This document shows positions 55,863 through 62,774 of a stretch of 64,000 bases of DNA, piece by piece. Position 1 is the first letter of the stretch. The number at the start of each line of letters is the position of its first letter. The stretch spans positions 1,330,553 to 1,394,552 of the forward strand of contig OY970157.1 of NCBI GenBank assembly GCA_963706235.1, read 5' to 3'. The position numbers and the translations under genes are program-made. The notes beneath the pieces were generated by a model. It ran no database searches, was not told the origin of the DNA, and worked only from the letters and a program-made list of their open reading frames with translations. This DNA is from an uncultured Solirubrobacteraceae bacterium. GTDB lineage: Bacteria; Actinomycetota; Thermoleophilia; Solirubrobacterales; Solirubrobacteraceae.

Positions 55863-57239
55863 GTGAGCGAGAACAACGGGACCCCAGAACACGACGTCAT
55901 CGTCCTTGGCGGCGGCGCCCCGGGCGAGCATTGCGCGGGCGCGCTGGCCGAGGGCGGTTTGCGCGTGGCGCTCGTCGAGCGGGCGCTGGTCGGGGGTGAG
56001 TGCTCCTACTGGGCGTGTATTCCATCGAAGACCCTGCTTCGCCCCGGCGAGGCGGTCCACGCTGCGCGCGAGGCTGCGGCGAGCGCAGATGTCGACGTCC
56101 AGGCGGCGCTTGCTTGGCGTGACGACGTGGTCTCCAACTACTCCGACGCCGGACAGGCTGGCTGGCTGGCGAGCAGGGGTATTGAGCTGCTGCGCGGCAG
56201 CGGCCGGCTCGCGGGCCAGGGAGTCGTGGAGGTCGACGGTGTGCGCCACACGGCCGAACACATCGTCGTGGCGACCGGATCCGATCCCGTCGTGCCACCT
56301 GTCCCGGGCCTGCGCGAGCTGCAAGGTGTCTGGGGCACGCGTGAGGCGACCAGCATGAAGGCCGTCCCGAGTCGCCTACTTGTCCTCGGTGGTGGGCCGG
56401 CCGGCGTGGAGTTGGCGCAGGTCGTACGTCGTCTTGGAGGCGAGGTGGCGCTCATCGAGGGCGCCGAGCGCGTGCTCCCCCGCGAGCCCTCACGGCTGGG
56501 GGACGCACTTGGACAGATGCTCTCCCGCGATGGCATTGAGCTCGTCCTGGGCATACGCGCAACCGCGGCACGAAGCGAGGCAGGGGACTACGTGGTGGAG
56601 CTCGAGGACGGTCGCGTGCTGCGCGGCGAGCGTCTGCTCGTGGCCACCGGCCGGCGTCCGCGCGTGGCGGGGATCGGCCTGGAGAGCGTCGGCGTGAAGG
56701 CCGAGCCCCACGGGATCCCTGTCGATGACCATCTCCGCGCTGGGGAGCGCCTGTGGGCGATCGGCGACGTCAACGGCATCTGGCCGCTGACACACGTCGG
56801 CGAGTACGAGGGCGAGATTGTCGCGGCGAACATCCTCGGCGAACCGAGGGTAGCCAACTACGAGGCTGTCCCGCGTGTGACGTACACCGACCCCCAGGCG
56901 GCGGCGGTGGGCGCCGACAAAGCCCTCTTCGAGGCGAGCGCGCCGATGTCTGAGGTGTCGCGGATCGCCACGTACACGCGCGACTACGCCGAGTCGAACG
57001 GGTTCCTGACGCTGCTCAGCGACGGCGAGCGACTGACGGGCGCATATGCGCTCGGGCCAGAGGCTGGCGAGTGGCTCCAGCAGGCCACCCTTGCGATCAG
57101 TGCCCGCGTGCCACTCGATGTGCTGCGCGACACGATCCAGCCCTTCCCCAGCTTCTCGGATATCCACGCCGAAGCGCTGAAGGCGCTGCGACGCAAGATC
57201 GCAGGCGCGCCGGAGCCGGTGCGAGCAAGCTCCCCATGA
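55863..57239 (+). CDS. Class I pyridine nucleotide-disulfide oxidoreductase (dihydrolipoyl dehydrogenase / mycothione-reductase-like)
   Basis: GTG at 55863; HDVIVLGGGAPGEHCAG, the redox disulfide GGECSYWACIPSK, a second Rossmann fold LLVLGGGPAGVELA and a C-terminal dimerisation domain are present. Confidence 0.85.
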   Translation: MSENNGTPEHDVIVLGGGAPGEHCAGALAEGGLRVALVERALVGGECSYWACIPSKTLLRPGEAVHAAREAAASADVDVQAALAWRDDVVSNYSDAGQAGWLASRGIELLRGSGRLAGQGVVEVDGVRHTAEHIVVATGSDPVVPPVPGLRELQGVWGTREATSMKAVPSRLLVLGGGPAGVELAQVVRRLGGEVALIEGAERVLPREPSRLGDALGQMLSRDGIELVLGIRATAARSEAGDYVVELEDGRVLRGERLLVATGRRPRVAGIGLESVGVKAEPHGIPVDDHLRAGERLWAIGDVNGIWPLTHVGEYEGEIVAANILGEPRVANYEAVPRVTYTDPQAAAVGADKALFEASAPMSEVSRIATYTRDYAESNGFLTLLSDGERLTGAYALGPEAGEWLQQATLAISARVPLDVLRDTIQPFPSFSDIHAEALKALRRKIAGAPEPVRASSP

Positions 57240-57263
57240 GCCTCGCACGAGCGGCTCATAGGC

Positions 57264-57611
57264 TCAGTGCAGGCGGCTCTGCCAATCTCCAGGCACGCGG
57301 CCGGCCGGTCCAGGCGTGGGCTGATCTAGGGGATGATGCTCAGGTGGGGTGAGCTCAGGACCTTCGTAGTACTCGCTGGTCGCATAGTTCCAGAACCATT
57401 CCTCCCCCGGCTCAAAGCTACGGACGATCGCGTGGCCCGTATCGGCCGCATGGTGGCTCGCGTGCTGTGAGGGTGAGGAGTCGCAGCAGCCGATGTGCCC
57501 GCACTCAGCGCAGCGGCGCAGATGAAGCCACCAGCCATCTTCGGCTAGGCACTCGACACAGCCTGTCCCGCTCGGAGGCACTGACGGATTGATCGCAGTC
57601 TCGTTAGCCAT
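57264..57611 (-). CDS. UBP-type zinc-finger domain protein
   Basis: From ATG 57609-57611 the translation is GCVECLAEDGWWLHLRRCAECGHIGCCDSSPSQHASHHAADTGHAIVRS. Confidence 0.7.
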   Translation of the reverse strand: MANETAINPSVPPSGTGCVECLAEDGWWLHLRRCAECGHIGCCDSSPSQHASHHAADTGHAIVRSFEPGEEWFWNYATSEYYEGPELTPPEHHPLDQPTPGPAGRVPGDWQSRLH

Positions 57612-57690
57612 GAGTGTCCTTTCGTCCCGTGTGTCCGCTGCCCAGGAATCTCGCTTGCTCTCTCGCACGCCACGACAGGTGCAAGGCTAG

Positions 57691-58019
57691 CGAGGCCGTG
57701 GCCGCTGCGGGTCGACGGACAGCGAACGCAAGCGCAACGTCGAGGCGGGCAAGCTCAGCGACCAAGAGTGGGCAATCATCAAGACGCACACGGTCGAGGG
57801 GCAAGATGCTCGACAAGATCGGCGGGTTCATGCATGAGATCGGACTCATCGTGCGCGGCTCCCATGAGCAGTCGGGACGGGACCGTTACCCCGACGGACT
57901 ATCCAGCGAGACCATCCCCCTGGAGTCGCCCATCGTCTCGACCTATGACACCTTCTAACGCCATGACGACCACGCACCCCGGCCGGCAGGCGATGAGCTT
58001 CGCCGACACACTGGGCTGA
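57691..58019 (+). pseudogene. Decayed C-terminal fragment of an HD-GYP phosphodiesterase
   Basis: Homology runs through three successive frames: ...ERKRNVEAGKLSDQEWAIIKTHTVEGQ (frame 1), then MLDKIGGFMHEIGLIVRGSHEQsgrdrYPDGLSSETIPLESPIVSTYDTF* (frame 2), then NAMTTThPgRQAMSFADTLG* (frame 0). The HD half is absent. Confidence 0.65.
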
Positions 58020-58576
58020 GCTAAAGAGGTGAGACCGGCGGTCAGAGTATCTCGGTCCGCGAGGGCCACACACCGTCGCTGCTTCTCGGCTGGCGTTCTG
58101 TTTTCACCGTCCACCAACCCAACAGCATGCTCGCGAGCACCAGCCACTGCCTATAGCCATCAACTGGCGTCTAACGGACTGGCGCGACCTGTGGCCGTCC
58201 GGTCAACCGGAAACTCGGTCGCCGAAGCCGTCCACTGGCCTGGAGCCTGGCGAAAGCGGAGCGGCGAGCGTTGGTTGATCGGCCGCCGCGCACACGACCC
58301 GCCCGCCCGGACAGGGATGCCGGACGGGCGGGTTCGGGTGCGTCTGCGCGAGCGGCAGTGGAGGCTCACCGCTCGTTCGCCGACGGCTGTGGGGACTGCC
58401 GTCGGACGTCTGCCGACGAGAGGGCCTCGCCGCAAGTGTTGTGTTGGTGGCGCTCCGCTGCTTTGGACGACCGCTGTCGGTCGCGTCCGCATGAGCGGAC
58501 GTGCGGCATACGGCGACGCCGAAGACGACCAAGACGGCCACAGCGCTTGAGGCAAGGATGGGGAAGAGCTGCTGCG

Positions 58577-59713
58577 TCACTCGGCGAAGCCGTTCGATCG
58601 TTGCTCTTCGTCTGCGGCCGAGAGATTTCCGTTTGGAGACGACAGCTCGATTCGCCGGTGGCAGCGTCGAGTGGCGATCATCTGGGCGTCCGCACGGTTG
58701 AGGAGTGTCTCGATTGTGTCGTCCTCGCGCCGCCGGGTGACACCTATGCTGATGCTGGCGCCGGGGGCGGCGTGGTTGAGCTTCACGCTGACGCGCTTGA
58801 AGCGCTCGCCGATCTCATCCAGACCGCCGCCTGAGAATGAGCACACGAACTCGTCGCCGCCGAAGCGGAGCATTAGGTCATAAGAACGGAACTCCTCGAT
58901 GACAAGGCTCACCACTTTGCGCAGCAGTGCATCGCCTGCTGAGTGTCCGTCACGGTCGTTGACGGCCTTTAGGCCGTCAACGTCAACGAACGCGACGACC
59001 AGTTGCTCACCGGTGCGCTGCGTGCGGTCCATCTCGCGCTGCAGAGCGACGAGTCCCTCGCCTCGGCGCAGCGCTCCGGTCATCTCGTCGGTAGCGGCCT
59101 GCGTTAGTTCGCGGGCGTAGGCCATGCGGTCGAGTGCCGCGTGCTGCCGATCGCGTGCGGCACTCGCACGGTCGTCTGCGGCCGCCTGGCGTTGGAGCGC
59201 CGCGCGTGCTCGCGATTGGGCGCCCATCTGTCGTTCAAGCACCGACCGCAGGTTCGCACGACCACCATTGGATTCCGCGTTCAGCTGTGGTGAGTGCCTG
59301 CGCTCAAGACGCTCGACCTCCTCGTCAAGGGTGCGCGCGAGCTGATCACGCGTCGCGCTGGCGATGTCTCGTGCGGCGGCCAGCGCGTCGCGTCGCTCGG
59401 ACACCCGGTCGCGCATCGCCGCGGCAGCGCTGCGCATCTGGCTCATCGCGTGGCGCTCCACGGTGCTGTCGGCGCGCATCTTGCGTGTGCGCTCATACTC
59501 CGCCGGCAACCCGCTGTCAGACCGGTGCGCGTCGCTCACAGCTTGATCGATGTCTGCCGCGGCCTGGTCGCGGTCTGATGAGTTTTGATCGTGCTCGGAG
59601 GTACTCTGGTCGGAGTCCGAGAGGCTCTGGTCGGCATCGGCGCCGGTTTGCTCAGCAGCCGTCAGCGTCTCGTCGGGGTCACCGAGCCCGAGCTGCGGGT
59701 CCGCGGGCATCAT
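58577..59713 (-). CDS. GGDEF-domain protein with an acidic D/Q/S-repeat N-terminus and a long coiled-coil
   Basis: The start is MMPADPQ (ATG 59711-59713). The GGDEF domain reads LVVAFVDVDGLKAVNDRDGHSAGDALL...RFGGDEF, with an RSYD (RxxD) I-site. The preceding ~230 aa are helical, R/D/A/Q-rich heptad-like. Confidence 0.8.
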   Translation of the reverse strand: MMPADPQLGLGDPDETLTAAEQTGADADQSLSDSDQSTSEHDQNSSDRDQAAADIDQAVSDAHRSDSGLPAEYERTRKMRADSTVERHAMSQMRSAAAAMRDRVSERRDALAAARDIASATRDQLARTLDEEVERLERRHSPQLNAESNGGRANLRSVLERQMGAQSRARAALQRQAAADDRASAARDRQHAALDRMAYARELTQAATDEMTGALRRGEGLVALQREMDRTQRTGEQLVVAFVDVDGLKAVNDRDGHSAGDALLRKVVSLVIEEFRSYDLMLRFGGDEFVCSFSGGGLDEIGERFKRVSVKLNHAAPGASISIGVTRRREDDTIETLLNRADAQMIATRRCHRRIELSSPNGNLSAADEEQRSNGFAE

Positions 59714-59896
59714 GCCTGCGCCTCTCGAACTAGTACGACCTGCTCCCCTTGCATGGTGGCTCCAGACGTAAACCTCAACCGCCGGTACGCCACCAAGGTC
59801 TGGAGCGACGCGCGGGACAATGTAGCACACCCGAAGCCACCAAAGCCCGGTGAATAGAATTACTCACTTGCGTCGCGTCAGGAGGTCAGCCGTCTG

Positions 59897-60634
59897 TCAG
59901 CGGCTCTGGCGCGAGATCTCGGCGAGGGCCACCGCGTCGAGGCGACCGTCGATCACGTCGCGTGCAACCTCACTGAGTCGACTGTTATGGGTCCGCGCAA
60001 ACGTGCGAATGCTCGCGAACGCGACGTCCACGCTGACGTTCCCGCGCTCGGCGAGGACACCCTTGGCCTGCTCGATCAGAACGCGACTGTTGAGCGCACT
60101 TTGCAGCTGCTGGACGACCCCGCGCGACTCGCGCATCGTGCGCTCTTGGATCAGCGCCACAGCTGCGAAGTCGGCGATGCCCTGCCCGAGCGGCACGTCG
60201 CGCTCGGCCAGCCGGCCAGTACCGGCGCGAAACAGGTTCAGCGCGCCGATCGTGTGGCTATGTACTCGCATCGGAATCGCGTGAACCGAGTTGATTCCCT
60301 CCTCCACCGCAGCGGGAGCGAACAGAGGCCAGCGTGCGCTGTCTGCAAGCAGGTCCTCGCTGAAGACCGGTACAGAGGCGCGATAACAGTCGAAGCAGGG
60401 TCCTTCCTCGTTACGGGATTGCAGGAGCTCAAGCGCCTCGGAGCGCTCGCTCGAGGACGCCATCACCTGAAGATTGCCAGCGGCGTTGGCGAGCAGCAGC
60501 CCGACCTCCGCACAGTCCATCAGTTCGAGGCTACGCTCCACGAGGCGATGCAGGAACTCAATGAGATCGAAATGGTCGACCATCGTGTCGGCGAGCTCCA
60601 CGAACGTTTCGACAATCCGCTCTTCTCGAGTCAT
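59897..60634 (-). CDS. GAF + ANTAR RNA-binding (antiterminator-type) protein, copy 1
   Basis: GAF-like core: EVGLLLANAAGNLQVMASSSE...EGPCFDCY...IGALNLF. ANTAR: LQSALNSRVLIEQAKGVLAERGNVSVDVAFASIRTFARTHNSRLSEVARDVI. Confidence 0.8.
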   Translation of the reverse strand: MTREERIVETFVELADTMVDHFDLIEFLHRLVERSLELMDCAEVGLLLANAAGNLQVMASSSERSEALELLQSRNEEGPCFDCYRASVPVFSEDLLADSARWPLFAPAAVEEGINSVHAIPMRVHSHTIGALNLFRAGTGRLAERDVPLGQGIADFAAVALIQERTMRESRGVVQQLQSALNSRVLIEQAKGVLAERGNVSVDVAFASIRTFARTHNSRLSEVARDVIDGRLDAVALAEISRQSR

Positions 60635-60706
60635 CGCCAGATCCCCTAGTCCCACTGAACCGAACAAGTCGTATTATGGCGCAGACGCCAGGTGCTCGGC
60701 AGATCA

Positions 60707-61438
60707 CTATGCGTCTGGAAGGCGCAGACGACGCGCAACGATGTCCCCCGCGACCTCGCGAAGCGGGCGATTGTTCGCGAACGCGTAGGACCGCAGCCGC
60801 ACGAAAGCGTCATCAAGCGACACCTCAAGCTGGGCGGACGCCATACCCGTGGCTTGATGGATCTCAGCCCAGTGCGCCGGCTCGTCCGCGAGCAGCACGT
60901 GCAAATGCTCGGCGGGCGCGCCGGCCTGCAGGCCGAGAATCGTCTGGGTCGCAACTTCGGCAAGCACCAGCCCAAGGGCTAGCTCCTCATCCGCCAGCGG
61001 CGCCGGCCGGTCACGGTACAGCGCCAATACCCCGAGGGCCACCGCGCCGAGCTGCAGAGGAAACGCGAACACTGCGCGCACCCCCACCTCCACGCCCGCG
61101 TGTGCGAAGGCTGGCCAGCGCACTTGCGACGGGTCGGCCAAATCCTCCTCCAGCACCGGCTCCCCACGCCGCCACGCGTCGACGCACGGACCCTCACCAA
61201 AGGTCAGCTGGAGCTCTTGTATAGCTTCGATCCCCGGCTCGCTGAGACCAGCCGTGCCGCGTAGCCCGCCATCCGCGATCAAAGAGATTCCAGCTCCGCT
61301 GAGCGTTAGGAGCGTCACCGCTGCTCCACACACCCGGTCGATCATCGAAGCAGAGCCGCCGCGATCGGCATCTGCCATCGCCTTCAGCACCACGCTCAAA
61401 CGCTCGCTCGCCACCGGCCCACCATACGCGCCGCGCAT
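60707..61438 (-). CDS. GAF + ANTAR RNA-binding protein, copy 2
   Basis: GAF-like core: GAGISLIADGG...GEGPCVDAW...LGVLALY. ANTAR: IHQATGMASAQLEVSLDDAFVRLRSYAFANNRPLREVAGDIV. The start is uncertain (61438 or 61471). Confidence 0.8.
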   Translation of the reverse strand: MRGAYGGPVASERLSVVLKAMADADRGGSASMIDRVCGAAVTLLTLSGAGISLIADGGLRGTAGLSEPGIEAIQELQLTFGEGPCVDAWRRGEPVLEEDLADPSQVRWPAFAHAGVEVGVRAVFAFPLQLGAVALGVLALYRDRPAPLADEELALGLVLAEVATQTILGLQAGAPAEHLHVLLADEPAHWAEIHQATGMASAQLEVSLDDAFVRLRSYAFANNRPLREVAGDIVARRLRLPDA

Positions 61439-61507
61439 GGGCGAGCCAATGCACCCACAGAAATCACACAATTAACGCAGGCTGGCTGTGACCAGAGCAG
61501 GCGTGTC

Positions 61508-62569
61508 TCAGCCGCGCACGTCTCCGACGCAGGCCATAAACGCCTCGACAACTTCCGCATCGAATTGGGTGCCACTGGCGCGCGTGATCTCACTGATCGC
61601 ATGCTCCGAGGGGAGCGCCTGCTTATACGGACGAGCGTGCGTGATCGCATCGAACACATCCGCGACAGCGACGATTCTTCCGGGGACTGGGATCGCTGAT
61701 CCGCACAGTCCGGCGGGGTAGCCGCCGCCGTCCCAGCGCTCATGGTGGCTGAGTGTTATCTCCCGCGCCACGCCAAGAACCGGGTACTCGCTCTGCCCGA
61801 GAATGCGGGCACCGATGGTCGTGTGGGTCTTCATCACGGCATGCTCCGCATCCGTGAGGCCACACGGCTTAAGCAGGATCAGGTCTGGAATTCCTAGCTT
61901 GCCGATGTCGTGCAGCGGCGCAGCCAGTCGGATCGTCGCCTGTTCCTGAATGCCCATCCCCAGTTCTGCGGCGATGAGCTCCGCCAGCACCGCCACGCGT
62001 TCCGTGTGCTCGTGAGTGTCGACATCACGGCACTCGGCTGCAAGAGCGAGGTGCGCCAAATCCTCGAGCCGTGCCGCCTGCAGTTGCTCCGCGGCGAGCG
62101 ACTCCGCTGTGGTGTCGCGGACGATCTCGGCGATGCCGAGTAGCTCGCCCGATGGCGCGTTTATTGGCGCTAACAACAACGAGACGCTCAACACTCGTCC
62201 ATCCTTGGTGAGTCTCTCGGCGTTGGCTCGCTCAGCTCTCCCATCGGCGAGGGTGCTAGCGAAGAGAAAGCGTGCCTCCTCGCGGTGCCCGGCCGACGAG
62301 AGCATGCTCACCGGTCGTCCCACCGCCTCTCTTTCCGAGTAACCGAACAGCCGCTCCGCGCCGTGGCTCCAGCTCGTGATTTGTTCCTCCAGCGAAAGAA
62401 TGATGACCGCGTCCTCGGATGACCTCACCAGAGCCGCGAGCTGCAGTGCCGTCGAGAGCTCAAGCGCTCGCACGCTCCCGATGCGGGCAAAGCCGCCGAC
62501 AGCGGGAGGCTGTACCCGGCTGGCACCACTCAGCTTTGGATCGAAGCTCACGATGGAAAGTCTCGCCAA
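61508..62569 (-). CDS. PAS + HD-GYP c-di-GMP phosphodiesterase
   Basis: PAS: DAVIILSLEEQITSWSHGAERLFGYSEREAVGRP. HD-GYP: HTERVAVLA...APLHDIGKLGIPDLILLKPCGLTDAEHAVMKTHTTIG...HHERWDGGGYPAGL...VADVFDAITHARPYK. Confidence 0.85.
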   Translation of the reverse strand: MARLSIVSFDPKLSGASRVQPPAVGGFARIGSVRALELSTALQLAALVRSSEDAVIILSLEEQITSWSHGAERLFGYSEREAVGRPVSMLSSAGHREEARFLFASTLADGRAERANAERLTKDGRVLSVSLLLAPINAPSGELLGIAEIVRDTTAESLAAEQLQAARLEDLAHLALAAECRDVDTHEHTERVAVLAELIAAELGMGIQEQATIRLAAPLHDIGKLGIPDLILLKPCGLTDAEHAVMKTHTTIGARILGQSEYPVLGVAREITLSHHERWDGGGYPAGLCGSAIPVPGRIVAVADVFDAITHARPYKQALPSEHAISEITRASGTQFDAEVVEAFMACVGDVRG

Positions 62570-62774
62570 CTGCTCCTACAGGGTGACCGAGGACAATACG
62601 CTCATTGGGGACCAGATTCCAAAGAGTCGTACTTTAGGCTCGGGCGGTGCGCCATCCGATCATGCCGGTCCCGGGGGGTCGCAGGGATAGACGATCCCAA
62701 TAGACGAAACAAGTCTGTACTCTCGTTCTGCAACGTATCTGCCGATGCAGAGGGACAATGATGTTGGCCAGCTA

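Noticed and set aside
58302-58332. A GC-rich hairpin CCCGCCCG...CGGGCGGG downstream of the GGDEF gene.
   Set aside because: It lies 245 nt from the nearest stop codon, has a 15-nt loop and lacks a U-tract. Such GC stems arise readily by chance in this composition.
58203-58580. A 125-aa minus-strand ORF whose GTG overlaps the GGDEF gene stop (GTGA) and begins with a hydrophobic helix (MTQQLFPILASSAVAVLVVFGVAVC).
   Set aside because: After the first ~25 residues the sequence is Pro/Arg/Ser/Thr-rich and noise-like, with no family resemblance. A short coupled membrane peptide cannot be excluded, so I rate it about 0.2.
62570-62774. A possible riboswitch or ANTAR target in the lower-GC divergent region between the HD-GYP and CHASE-GGDEF genes.
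   Set aside because: By eye I found only a short GGGAT-AGACG-ATCCC hairpin and no recognisable riboswitch core or dual hexaloop hairpins. This needs a covariance-model scan, which is listed as a check under the ANTAR finding.
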